Part shown: positions 25,986 to 38,687 of the stretch, in pieces
Numbering within the stretch: position 1 is the first letter of the stretch
Layout of the letters: each line of letters begins with the position of its first letter
From: Laetmonice hystrix
Lineage: Eukaryota
NCBI GenBank assembly: GCA_965235115.1
Contig: OZ249436.1
Location: 48,672,001 to 48,736,000 of the forward strand
Reading direction: 5' to 3'
Length of the DNA: 64,000 bases
Notes under the pieces: generated by a model
The model's input: only the letters and a program-made list of their open reading frames with translations
Database searches by the model: none
Told to the model about the DNA's origin: nothing
Program-made: the position numbers and the translations under genes

Positions 25986-26560
25986 GTAAGTCTGTCCGCT
26001 TATTATTCGTTCTTCTTTCGATGATTACTTAATTACTATAGGAGCATCTGCTGTTTTGATTCTCCCAGGACTTATTATCTGAAGACAATTTCTATAAACC
26101 ACGACTAGGCGTAATTAATTACCCTGCAACGTTTTGAAATCTAAGTGATATTTCATTTACAGTCCTGTTATATAGGGCAAGGGTTGTAGACAGCCAAAAC
26201 ATGCCAGAGGGGCGGCTCAATTTTCCGAAACTGGGTGCCCTTCTTGCCCCCTTCGCTATGGCCGTGAGCGTATACTATAGCAAAACATAACGGTCAGATA
26301 GGATACACGGACGCATACAAACGAACTGCACGGTACACGGGTTTTCTTACATAGGCCGGGAGAGGGGGGGGGGGGGGCTCAGGACACTTCGCGTTCCATA
26401 ACTTTTTTCCGTGTATAGGGCCTACATGTTTAGAATTATTTAACATTCATTGGTGTCAAAAGCTGTGGGGGCAACGATAAACATTGCGTCACAGAGATCA
26501 GATCGGGGTCATGGGATCTTTTCCTAACGTTTAACAGGACCAGCCCCACCCCTACCGGCG

Positions 26561-26798
26561 CCAGTGCCCCGTTTTTTGTTTACTTTCCCACCCTGAGCAA
26601 GGTTGAGCTGAGCTGAGCTGAGCTGAGCTGAGCTGAGCTGAGCTGAGCAAGGGTGAGCATGCTCATGCTCACCGTCTTTTTTTCAGTGAGCTTGCTCACT
26701 GTGAGCACACCTCACGGAAAAAACTGAAATTTGGTGAGCATGAGCTCAGCTCACCTTGCTCAGGTTGGAAAAGTAAAAAAAAACAAACCGGGCCCTGG
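26561..26798. mobile_element. Foldback MITE-like element with an internal (GAGCT)n run, in meteorin intron 1
   Basis: The left end ccagtgccccgttt...tactttcccaccctgagcaaggttgagctgagct is inverted at the right end as agctcagctcaccttgctcaggttggaaaagta...aaaccgggccctgg. No clear TSD. Confidence 0.7.
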
Positions 26799-27859
26799 AG
26801 TCAACCTCGTCACCGCCCAACCCCCTCCCGGATTTAACCCCTGTCACAATGCTGGAAAGGTCTCCATAGAGGTGGCGTTACCACCCATATGGGGTGAATA
26901 ATACCACCCATCTGGGGTGAATATTAAAGGGTTGGGGTGTCACCCAGCTCCTTGATATCGCGTCATTCTCATGACTTTGCCTTATCTGCCGGGTTCCTGG
27001 CTCGCATGCAGTGGCGGGGTGGGGATGTAAACCCTTCCAGATGTTGTCAGCCACATCGATCCTGGAATCAGGGAAGGGACCCACTGCATTGTGACTTGTA
27101 TAGTTGGACTGTAGAATCATCTGCACGTCAAAGAACGGTTTTATTCCTTCCAGTACCATTTCTCTCATCGGCACTCCTCAGTGCTCCACTAGTGAGTCAT
27201 CAAAGGTTCTGGTATAGGTCCAGCCAGCCCTGCAATATGAAAGAACCTTGCCATTTTTTCGAAAAGAGCAGGTGATTTCTTGCCGATATCAGGATTCTTC
27301 ACTTCCTCCTCATAACCCCCGGTGTATACTCTGTGACTTGCGGGTACAATAGGTTTTATGCCTAAACATGTTTTCACAAGTTTTATTCTCAACCTGAATA
27401 AAGCTGAAATACTGCCTGATAATATAGGCGTCAACCCCCCTAGTGTCCACAGGAAAATTATGAGAGTGCATCATGTGCCGTATACAGAGGCGAGGAATGG
27501 GGCGAGGGCTGGTGCGGGAAAGTGAATGAGTGTGAGATTTCAGAATCGCCTGCGTCAGTAGCAAACCGTAAGAGAACACTATAGAGGGAGAAAAATATAT
27601 AACTGAATAATCTCCATATGAAATAGCCCAGTCGTATGTACTGGAATAACTCTACCTCGAGGAAAGATTTCGAGAGCTGAAAAAGTTTATTTATAGCAGC
27701 CATGCACCCTTGTAGTGTGAGTATGTTTGCCTTTGGCCCTTGGCTCCGTGACGCCATCTGGTGAACGTAAAGCGAGTTATGAGAGTTGACCCCAGACGCC
27801 CGCCAGGGCGTGTGATCCGACCGAACGGGACGTCTACATTAATTACCCACGTTCAGTGT

Positions 27860-28350
27860 ACGTCCACACCCGGGCCACCACAGACTGGGGTAAACCACCA
27901 TCGTAACACCTCCACCAAACGTCCACACCCGGGCCACCACAGACTGGGGTAAACGACCATCGTAACACCTCCACCAAACGTCCACACCCGGGCCACCACA
28001 GACTGGGGTAAACGACCATCGTAACACCTCCACCAAACGTCCACACCCGGGCCACCACAGACTGGGGTAAACCACCATCGTAACACCTCCACCAAACGTC
28101 CACACCCGGGCCACCACAGACTGGGGTAAACCACCATCGCAACACCTCCACCAAACGTCCATACCCGGGCCACCACAGACTGGGGTAAACCACCATCGTC
28201 ACACCTCCACCAAACGTTCACACCCGGGCCACCACAGACTGGGGTAAACGACCATCGTAACACCTCCACCAAACGTCCACACCCGGGCCACCACAGACTG
28301 GGGTAAACCACTATCCTAACACCTCCACCAAACGTCCACACCCGGGCCAC
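27860..28350. repeat. 59-bp minisatellite, ~8 copies, in meteorin intron 1
   Basis: Unit cgtccacacccgggccaccacagactggggtaaaccaccatcgtaacacctccaccaaa. Confidence 0.96.
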
Positions 28351-30277
28351 CCATAACCGGGGGTTTTAGTAGATATACTGAACTAAATGCTACAATCATC
28401 TCTTGTCAGTCCCCATTCACGACAGATCACCCCCCCCCCCCCAGTCACTAAAAAGGAGTAACGTTAAAAAGTTAAATTGGTAACATATGCGATCTTTTAA
28501 TATTTAACGCACCTTTAACTGATTTACGTACGCGGCCACTCGCCGAGCATAGTGGAGTTTAATTTAGTCTCAATCTAATTAAAATTATATCTCAGTTATT
28601 TCGCATGCGCTCCATGCTAGGTACATGGCCGGGGGCATTGTCACCTGCCCCCCCCCCCCCCTTCAAAAAAAAAATGAAAAACTACAATATTTATGCCAGG
28701 AAACCTCATAGTGCTCATACACAGTTTTAATTAGTTTAGACAACCCTACTTCCCGAGCTGGAGAGGAAGACTCTTTAGAAGTATCTATAAGGTTTTAAAA
28801 TCTGATTCATTTTAAGCCCTTTGAGGATTTTCTAGAGATTTCCCTTTTGTTAAATTTATTCGTTCTCACGTTTGTTTGCTGTGCACAGCGTGGCCTTCGA
28901 ATTGAAGGAATTATTTCTGCAAGGTTTCGATTCGGACGAACAACGTCGCGCCCTCTGCAGGAGGGGACAGGACCAACAGCACACGTGTGACCGTGGGAAA
29001 GCTGGCACTGAGGTCGAGTCCCCTGTTGCCTTGGTAACAGTGACATTCTGCGCACGTCCACTGTTTTTTTCTTCCATGACTTGTCGTGTCCATTGAATAC
29101 TTCAGGAGAGAGGAGGCCGTTTCACACACGTGTGTGCGCGGTAACTTTAACCCACATCTCGGGTACTCCCTGAATCAATCATGTCAAATTTGAAGGCCGA
29201 TTCGTTCTCAAAAGCCAGGCTAATTAAAAACACAACATCAAGTGCAACAAATTTTGTTTTCTGTGTTATCTGGTTGATCCGTGTAACCAGCCCATTGATC
29301 TGTGTCTCCGGTACTTGTAAACGGAAGAACGTGCCGGGCTTACGTCACAGACACGTCACAGACACGTCACAGACACGTCACAGACAGAGTTGAACACTGG
29401 TGGGAACCGATTCATTGGATACCTCGCTGAATTGAACCACTTCCGGCCAGCTATCAGTCGAGACCTTAGAGCAACCTGTTCCATAGAACGGAGCGTCTTT
29501 TTCTATCCCTACCTCCCACTTTACTGGATGGTGTGGTGATCGTGGCAGCTCACCAACACGCGCCTACGAGAACCTAAAAGTAGGAATCCAACAGGGTCAT
29601 TTCAGAAAGCTTTACAGGAAAAAGAAATTGATGTTAAGGCCCCCGGTATCCTATAGGGCTAGGTCCTGCATCAGGGTAACGATCGACTCAGAAATATGCT
29701 CAGGCAACTGTTTCAAAGATGAGGTAAATGCGTGAAAGATCACTTCAGTCGTGACAAAATCGGGACATCATGGGGCCTAGTTCGCCTGGACGCCGCTGGA
29801 GGGCGCTGGGCACGCACCACGAGAAAACCCGATCCGTCATCTTCGATCATAATCAACCGTCCGTAACTGAATATTAGCGCCATGTCACTGTGCCATGGCG
29901 GAGTTTATCGTGCTCAATACATGTGGCAGTGTGTGGGGCCTAAAGAAGTCTATATAGTTTAAACGCGTGGGATTCGATCAACTCAACAAACAAAATAACA
30001 TTGCAGGGGCGGATCCTCTGGCAGGAGTTTGGAATATTGAGGGGGGGGGGGGGTCGAACATATAACGGGAAACTGGGTGAAATGAAATAGAACCTGGAAC
30101 AGGTAATTATGGATCGGGACACCCTGACTCATCCCCTTGAACCTTCTTCTGAACTGACATCCATTTAGAGGGGGTTGGACACACCTCGGCCCACACGTGT
30201 AACCTGCATGTACCCCTATAATTTTCTGTTATTCTCTCATGTCCCATCGTTCATGATCTGTAAAATTCTTGTTTCAG

Positions 30278-30675
30278 GAGTTGGGAGTCCCAGGCCGGAG
30301 TCTCGCACTTATCCACACGATGTTCCGAGGGCGTCGTTTCCTGGCATCATCCACAGGGGGCGCTCCGGATCACGTTTCTGCCCCCTGTGGCTGCCAAGAC
30401 GGGTCCGCTCCTGGAGACGTGCTTCACTCTGACGTCACGACGTGTCTCTGCAGTCGTCGCCTTGGAGACGGTGGATGGTGACGGAGAGGGTCTGAAACCA
30501 TTGGAAACGTTGGACGCTGGGCATCCAGATACTGATGATGAAACGTGTATACGTTCTGCTACACCAATAACTATATATGTGGAGATTCCCCCTGGAGGGG
30601 ACAACCTCGCTCTCGGGTATATAAACGTCCAGTATGACGTCATTACGGTAGACCCTGAAGAGGATGAAATGGATG
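30278..30675 (+). CDS. METRNL: Meteorin/METRNL-family protein, coding exon 2
   Basis: tttcag|g...g|gtgagt. Encodes SWESQAGVSHLSTRCSEGVVSWHHPQGALRITF...CIRSATPITIYVE...VQYDV, resembling the METRNL segment LRCAAGAVEWMYPTGAL...LFVE...FQYEL. Confidence 0.88.
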
Positions 30676-31804
30676 GTGAGTAAAAGCATACACTCTGGCT
30701 TGATGCGTGTCGTAAAATATGTAACGTTTGTGTCGTGGGATAATTCTGGGACATGTTATTATTACAAGTGCCTATTTTAGAATAAAACTAGGCTATAATC
30801 CTATAGGCCATGTTGGTGGGCCCTCAGTCGTAGCCCTATTTAGTCTAGACATGCAAAATAGAGATTTCTGAATCTTAGCCTATAATAATTAGATTAGGCT
30901 ATGTGTAGACCTACATATGTAGGCTAAGCCGAAAATAGCCAGGAAGAACACCTTCCTCAGGTTAGCAGGTTCAAGGTTAGCTGGGTCAAAGTCAGTCAGA
31001 GGTCAAGCTGTCTCTAGAAATCTGGTACCCCAACCTGGACGACCAACATACGCCGAGCTACAGTTAGCCGCGTGACGACAACCTCCAATGTCCACCTCCG
31101 CGGGGACTACTTTGTCGGAAGCAAGGCCCCACAGATGTGCGTCCATTCAGGGGACTTGTCGTGGGGAAATAATCCGCAGGGGATATGGCTAGAACTGTCA
31201 CCCCCTCGCCTTGTCCTGTCAACGCTGACCACAGCAAGCGGGCAGTGAGGCGGAAGTTTGCGCCTCACGCCGCTCCTGATTGGCCGAGCCTGACTGGCGG
31301 CCATTGTGGTCGTACCATCACCGGTGTCATGGTAACCACGGGGGCTTGAGGCGACTCCAATCAAACCAATCTGTAGATTAGGGTCTGATATAAAACGGTC
31401 GCCCGCCAGGACAGGTCAATGGGAAGCGTTTGGATTGTATGTGCCCTGCCCTACCCCCGGGCTGAGGACCCATACATATCGATATCAGCAAACAGCCCCC
31501 ATCATTCACCTTGGTCACCGGCACTGAAGGTTGATGATGACACTAAAGACGATGGCTTCCGATTAGACGATTTTATCGAAAGGAACCACTCGTCTTGAAT
31601 TCCACTATTCTGTCCGTTTTTGCGGAGCTGTTTTTCTATCTGTCACATTGCTTTGTGTCAGGAGTCGAACACGGCTGAAATGAGGCACGACTGAATCTTT
31701 TCTGTGTGCCATCAAAAACTCCAATGACACTGGTATCTGCGGATATTAGGGAATTACCTGGTAATGAAACTGACCTTTGACTTTCTGTTTTTCTCATATT
31801 TCAG

Positions 31805-31861
31805 CATGCCGGCCATGCACAGACAGTGAATTGCTGTTGGCTGTTTGTTCCATGGACTTTG
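31805..31861 (+). CDS. METRNL: Meteorin/METRNL-family protein, coding exon 3
   Basis: tttcag|...|gtgagt, phase 1/1. Encodes (A)CRPCTDSELLLAVCSMDF, matching the meteorin motif CRPCSDxExLLAxCTSDF. Confidence 0.93.
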
Positions 31862-32136
31862 GTGAGTATCTACAACTTTGAGTCGATATAGACCCCATAT
31901 ATGAAACGTCTTGTGTTGATATAGGCCTATTATACGAAGGGAACATTTTCAATTACATTGTGTTCGACCTTTAACGCAATAAACGCCCATTTTTGTAAGC
32001 ATTTCTGCATGTGAAAAGTGTGGCTGAACTGCTGAGGCCATTTTATTATGTTTCTATGTTTTATAAAGGGTGGTTAGAATAGAAAACGATTGTTTTATTT
32101 CCAAAGATGACCTCTAAACTTTATGACCGGTTTCAG

Positions 32137-32477
32137 TTGTCGTTGGAGGAATGCGAACTGTGCACCACGATCCGGACACACCCAGGACTACGATTGACAT
32201 CGGAGTAACCAAAATTCTGAGACATAATGCGGACCTTTTTGACACACCTTTGGCGGCAGGAGGACCCGCCAATAGTGGCTCGCTCCAGGAGCCCCTCCAG
32301 GGCACTGTGCACGCCCCCAGGAGGTGTGGAGTAAGGCGAGGAGAGGGACAGTTCCTGTTCGTGGGCCGGGTTCGCCTGGGTAGACCTCTCCTCCAGTGTG
32401 CACCCAGACTGGAGACGTTTCAGGAGGTATGGAGTGAGGCGATCAGACAGAACCTCAACCCATGTACACTCGACTGA
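32137..32477 (+). CDS. METRNL: Meteorin/METRNL-family protein, terminal exon 4
   Basis: tttcag| then VVGRM...RRCGVRRGEGQFLFVGRVRLGRPLLQCAPRLETFQEVW...LNPCTLD*, matching the meteorin C-terminus CGVRPGxGxFLFxG...LGCAPRF..F...LNPC. The spliced CDS is 945 nt (314 aa) with 10 Cys. Confidence 0.93.
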
Positions 32478-33684
32478 CTCACCCAACACCTCGTGTAGGA
32501 ATACTTCAAGTCCGCTTGGGTTTTCTCAAGATGGATATAGATCTACGACTCGTGGATCCTACAAACACAGGCCTGTAGGCGATCCGAGATTCAAGAGCAA
32601 ACCTCCAGAAATTATTTGTGCAGGCGAGGGAGCTCAATGACACGAAAAGAAATTTCTAAGTGTGAGCATGATGCAGCGTACATTGTTCATACAATACCCC
32701 ACTATACATCTTGTTTTTTACGGGGAGGGGGAGGGGGGACATCCTCCCTAGGAACGGGCGCCGTGCGTCTTATGTCAGTGTGTAGGTATATCATAAGCGA
32801 ACGCAGGCCGCTCGCCCACACTGATCGATCTCACGTTCAAACATTCAGTCACCGTAACCTTCAAAAGGTTCATCCATTCATCTGCTGCACCGTTTATTTC
32901 TCCAAGAGAATCATCTCTTTTTCGATCTCTATAGACCTTATGTTGTTGTGTAAAGGCTAAAACCGTATATAGCCTACATGATGGCCATCGTGATCAATAC
33001 ATTGTGTGGTTTCACGGCAGACTTTGCAGGAACCAACGCTCCGCATGCAAGGATCTTAGGTCATTATACTTTCTACTTTGAAGTCTGCGGTGTTGTCTGC
33101 GGTAGAAACACGCTTTATTATTTAGACCCACATGAGAATAATGTAATAAAGAAAAGTCTCACCGACGCACGACGTGCAGGACACGTTTATAGATTCTAGA
33201 GATCCACGTAAAACGTAGGCCACATGTTTATACATACAAATGTACGAGAAGGAGGCGATGTCCACGAAGTGGAAGCCGGTGTGAAGTAATAAATTTATAC
33301 TGAAAACTTTCATTGCTTGTATCCGTTTTGTTTCACATTTTTCTTTCTTATGACATGTACATGTGTGAAAGGGGAAACGTATCTGACACAAAATAATTCG
33401 TAAAAATAATTGACATAATTTGAAAAAATCTTACAACATAGTTCCAAATGCTTTAGGCCTAGGCCCAGAAAAACATAAAACGACTGTTCGACTTGTAGGC
33501 CCATAGCCTAGGTCTACAATGGAGTTCTTATAACGTGGACATGGGGGACCTATTCATCATTGACATTTTAACCACACAAGGGAAAGTTCTTTAATTTTGA
33601 AATTTTGATTAATAAATTTTCATCCAGTTCTCCAGTATTGAATCCTTGCAATGGGATACTTGACAGAGCATTTGTAACAGGAAG

Positions 33685-33693
33685 AAAAAAAAA
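33685..33693 (-). terminator. RNA polymerase III oligo-T terminator of the tRNA gene
   Basis: T9 on the minus strand, 3 nt after the tRNA 3' end. Confidence 0.8.
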
Positions 33694-33696
33694 GAT

Positions 33697-33770
33697 AGTC
33701 CCTGGGTGGGCTCGAACCACCAACCTTTAGATTAACAGTCTAACGCGCTAGCCGATTGCGCCACAGAGAC
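33697..33770 (-). tRNA. tRNA-Asn (anticodon GTT)
   Basis: The minus strand reads GTCTCTGTGGCGCAATCGGCTAGCGCGTTAGACTGTTAATCTAAAGGTTGGTGGTTCGAGCCCACCCAGGGACT. It forms a full cloverleaf with intact A and B boxes and closely matches metazoan tRNA-Asn. Confidence 0.95.
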
Positions 33771-36700
33771 GGACAGAACTAAAACCTGCAAAACCACTTA
33801 ATATTTTAGTAGGGTCATTTATGTAAACGATTTCCCAATATATGCACTCTGATTTCCCAGTATGTGTAACCAACTTGTTCGGTAGTAGGATTAGGCCCCG
33901 GCATGACATTATCCGTAGGCTTGGGCTATAGACTCTCTCCTTTACGCCAGTATTCAGGTACCGGCATCTTTCCTCAGAGCAATTAATAAGAAAACCAAGC
34001 AATCTTTTCCTCTATGCCCCATAGCCCCTCAAATAACTTAGTAGGCCTATTCGTCATTATAGTTCAGGTTCTCATGGCCTGGAGCCCCCGGCAGCGTCGT
34101 ATAGATCTAGGCTACACAGAGGACCGCAGCAACAAACTTGACCCACGTGATTAAACAATGCCCCTAGAACTACTTCCGGCCGTCTCCCTTTGTTACCAGT
34201 CTGTTACCTGCAATCAGCCCTGGCAATCATGTCCCAATCATGCACTCATAGTGTCATCAACTCTCTCTTGCCAGTCTTGGCGGGTGATTCGAACGTCGTG
34301 TTTCCCTTTCTCGGACCTATAGTCCCTGGAGGCACTCGTGCATGACGACCTTGTAAATTGGGTCGTTAAACCATTATGGTGAGACTATTGATGTGTTCGC
34401 TCGCCGTGTAGAGTCTAGCCATTGTTTACTGGCAGTGTGGGTTCGAGTCCTGCGTCAGGCATCAGGAACAGTCACCTCACAATGTGGTCACGTACATACA
34501 GTTGGTTATACAATTTCATTGTATAAGTATAACATCAAAATGATTATTCGACCGGTTTGGGGCAAAACGAGTTAGGGGACATGGCCAAATGCAACCTCTT
34601 CTAGAATTAATAGGCGAGGCCTACTTGTGATCAACATCCTTTAAAAAGAATCTTGTCATGACGTGAACGTAGGACTAAGTAGATCTATCCATTCGCATAA
34701 CTATAGTATGTCTAAGCGTAGATCTATGCCTTTGTTCCAGAGATAAGTGCATCTTCTTTGCTTTTTCAACTTAAAGGACCAGTGTATTCATGTTGAAGAT
34801 ATCCCCCTGGATATCCGGCCCAAGTCGGTTTTATAACCTACTCCGCTCACCTATAAGAACCTATTTCACACTAAAAATATGATTTAACCGTTTCGAATGA
34901 TGCACGTAATATTATTTACAATGCGGCCGAGTTGTAGCTGCACCCACAATTCATTTTTCGGGAATTGATGTGGGGAACTATGTTCTGTGCGGATGTAGGT
35001 ATAGGCCTACACAACAGACGAATAGGGACCTCGTGTGGTTCTGTGTTCGGCCTAACTAGCCGTACCAAACCAAGTCCCACGAGTCAAATAATAGGCCTAC
35101 ACCTCATGAGGGAGTCATGTACAAATTGGAATCCTCTCACGTTTATGTCCCCACGAGAGGGGCTGATCAAGCCTAACCTCCATATTTAACCAATGGTTCA
35201 CCTATATAAACACTGAAGAGTTTACGCCCTGCCGTTGTAATTTTTCCCATGAGGTTTACCCCCTGTGTCCGGTGACATGTTATTTCTCCCCGCCCCCTAC
35301 AATTACGTGGACGGGACCTCCTGATCTTTCCGCTCGCGGCTCCCCCACCACAATCACAAGTTCAGCTCAGTTCCTCTGAATGACCCGCTGGCTTGTGAGA
35401 CCACAGATTTGCTTGACGTACCAAGCAATGTCTGAACTCTCCCCAATAACACATGCGTCAACCAATGATCGATCATGAACGATTTATCACGTGACTGTTA
35501 CAACTGGTGGGGGATTTTAACTGCTCGAAGTGCCCTTACTATAGCTAGCTCCGTGCCCACATCGGGCCATGCCCCGCCCTCTGCGAGATTCTCGCCGGTC
35601 CGAGACACCGGCCGCGCATGCGTGTCGCGGCTTGCCGACGTTCGTGCCGACCTGTTCTTCTACAATTTGCAAATTACCATCTCGTGGCGACATGATGGCG
35701 TCTAGCCGCTGGTCAGCCTCCTTCCCAGGTGGTCAGTCGCTGACCTTTCATTTCTTCATGTGTCCGCACCAGAAAATTGGCGGTTGGCACCACGTCTCCT
35801 TTCATGTTGAATATTGTTCCCATCATGGGAATACAGCACCACATGGCTGCACGGACCAGCAAATGGTGGCTCACTGAATATGTGGTCAACAATGGGGCAC
35901 GATTTCTTGATTCAGGAAAACGATTGACGTCAAGATGTCAGCGTGTTCTATAATCGCAGGATGCATACCTCTTGGCCTTTATATTATAATATTTTCCCAA
36001 TACGACACTGGTAAAAAGGATTACATTTCCTCTCTTGTTCCTCTCCAGACGTGATAATAGTTTCAACACTGCAGAACTGAGCTGCATGATATGCCTATAG
36101 AGTCTACAAAATTCATCCAAGGATTCATGCAGGCTATAGGCCTAGGCCTATAGGCCTGTCGTAATCGTGCCTACCTTCTCTTCTTTACATGTACATCCTG
36201 CAGGAGCACGTTACTGTAGTATACAGCCCCATAAACATACATAGGCCTATATAAAACTAGCCTATAGAAACATAAATAAGTACCTCCTAGATCTATATGA
36301 TGCCCGTGTGATCGCCTGTTTTCTGACGGGTTATCATAGGGCTTTTGGTGCACGACAATAATTGACCAATTTTCCCATCAGTGATGCAGACATCTCAGTA
36401 TCGTATCTACAAACCTAATATAGTTTATATAGTAGATTGTGACTTCAATCGTACATCCCCCACATTATTTCCATGTCCTGTCAGGGCCCACCAGCTCTGC
36501 TGAGATAAGATCGCTTGGACCGACGGAGCCTGAGACTTGCAACAATACTAGAGGGGGAATTATCATATTGTTGTGGTATAATTGTTAACAATTTTCAAGA
36601 TAGGCCGACATCAGACAAGAAGACTTCGGCCTTACCATATGGAAGGGTGTAACTGAAGTGACTAAGTAAGTGTGAATCAATGATGCCTGAAGGGAATGAC

Positions 36701-38319
36701 AATCAGGCCGAGGGTATAGAGCCAAGCACAAAGATTTGGTGATATTTATACCGATAGTTTCTTATGTTTGAGAATGATAATCTTCTGGTGAACCTGAATA
36801 TAAATGTCGGTCAGTATGGAAGATATCACTTGGCATTATTCTATAGTGGGGACAGAGTTCTCAGTGTCTCTTGGCAACTTCTCCCACAAACAGGTTACAA
36901 AGAAATCTTCTCTGGGTCTCAGCCTCAATTCAATGTCAGATTTGAAGACTTTCATGGAATAATAAACTTCAATCGAGCGGGAGGATGGACAGGCGGGGCG
37001 GGGTTACGGGGGATACAGCCCCCCTCCTCACAAAGTAATTTTTCTGCTTGAAAGGTTTAAGTCAAATATACCCCCCTTAGCACCCCATCCCCCTTGGCAC
37101 CAACCTGGATCCTTTCTGGCTATTGAGTGGGGTGGTGTTGCGGTATTGGTGGGGGTGAGGATATTAGTGGGGTGGGTGGAGTAGGCTTACATTGTATAGA
37201 TTTCACTCATACAAACACGGGTTATTTTTTCATGAAGCCTTTAAGATATAGACTAGGCCTATAGGTTGGACTCTAAGCTCCTCAAAAACATGAGAAGTGA
37301 GAGGTCCATCGGCTATAGATCTCGACCTCTCTCTGAGCCAAAATTGGACTTGGTTAACTTGAGACTAAATGCCTAATTCCTGCTATTGATACTCTATAGG
37401 CCTACTTATAGCCTAATGTGTATGGGACTCGGCAAACCAAGCCTATAGTCTATAAGTGGGCTTCAGGAGTAGGTCTATATGAATAATTGTCTCTGTGTCG
37501 AGGGTCGGAACCGCTTACTCTAACTGTTGGCCTTCTATCACCATACTTACCATGATTTGTTAACACTTAAATGGTATCTAAAAACGATTTCTTCAAGATC
37601 TGCGGCTACAGCTCTAAGTTCAGACCATTCCCAGCATCTGCTATAGGCTATATCGTCCCAGTGTCGTACGATAGACTGGCCGGCATAATGTATTATTACA
37701 TGATAAAAGCGCATATAAAAAGCGTCTTTTTGCGGTTTCACAAAGGAGTCATAATGATATACATGACTTTACTTTGCATGTGGCTGACCACATTGTTCTC
37801 AAGTCATAAAGCCAGACCTTGGGCTGACTGCATGCGTGCTGCAGAACAATTATCTTCAGATAACAAGATAACACGGCTGCGCAATTTGCCGACCACTGGA
37901 GCCCCTTCATTATAATTTACCGGCATTATGTATGCAAATGAACCTAAAGTTCACCACATATGCGCCCTCAAATCAAAATCGGAACCTGTAATTTGTTGTC
38001 ATTTTTGGACGCTAACCCAACATTTTAGCCGGAATGCACCTGCAGACAGACCAGAGTTGTCATGACGGCGGTTGCCAAGGTCGGCGGGAGTTTCGTATGC
38101 TGACGAACCACACCACAGATGCACCAACATGCCCCGAATCCACGCAAAACGTACCCGTGATTCAAACTCCTACCTATATCTGGTGTTTTATTTTTTAGTA
38201 CGTGACCTTTTGAAGATGTAGGCAGGCCCAACAGCTAGGCCTATCAGATTGAGCTCTAAAAGTAGCCTGGGGGGCAAGACCAAACAGACAGGCCACCAAG
38301 CCCGGGGTGATGGATGGAT

Positions 38320-38477
38320 GGGAGGGAGGGAGGGAGGGAGGGAGGGAGGGAGGGAGGGAGGGAGGGAGGGAGGGAGGGAGGGAGGGAGGGAGGGAGGGAG
38401 GGAGGGAGGGAGGGAGGGAGGGAGGGAGGGAGGGAGGGAGGGAGGGAGGGAGGGAGGGAGGGAAAGAGGGAGGGAGG
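38320..38477. repeat. (GGGA)n microsatellite with G-quadruplex/triplex potential
   Basis: Direct reading. Confidence 0.98.
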
Positions 38478-38687
38478 ATATAGTGCCCCCCCCGATTCCG
38501 ACCTATAATTAATGTTGACTCTATCCTAGGCCTAGAGTCTATAGGCCTAAGGGTTTTTTTTTCAGGAGAGAGTAGGCATATTTGGCGGCCCCGGGACTTG
38601 TTGCTTACGCTCTTCCTTTACAACTTGACCTTTCCATATTCAAGGATGCAATAGGCCTACATTCTTTAGTTTGGAACGATCTCTTAT

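Noticed and set aside
27751..27766. CTCF-like motifs (also at ~6048, ~29793 and ~40808)
   Set aside because: Isolated short matches cannot be told from chance without binding data.
2141..28350. Arrays with 24-59-bp periodicity as CRISPR arrays
   Set aside because: The units are head-to-tail with no unique spacers, there are no cas genes, and the context is eukaryotic.
34425..34460. B-box-like gggttcgagtcc as a tRNA gene
   Set aside because: There is no cloverleaf or clear A box; at most it is a decayed SINE head.
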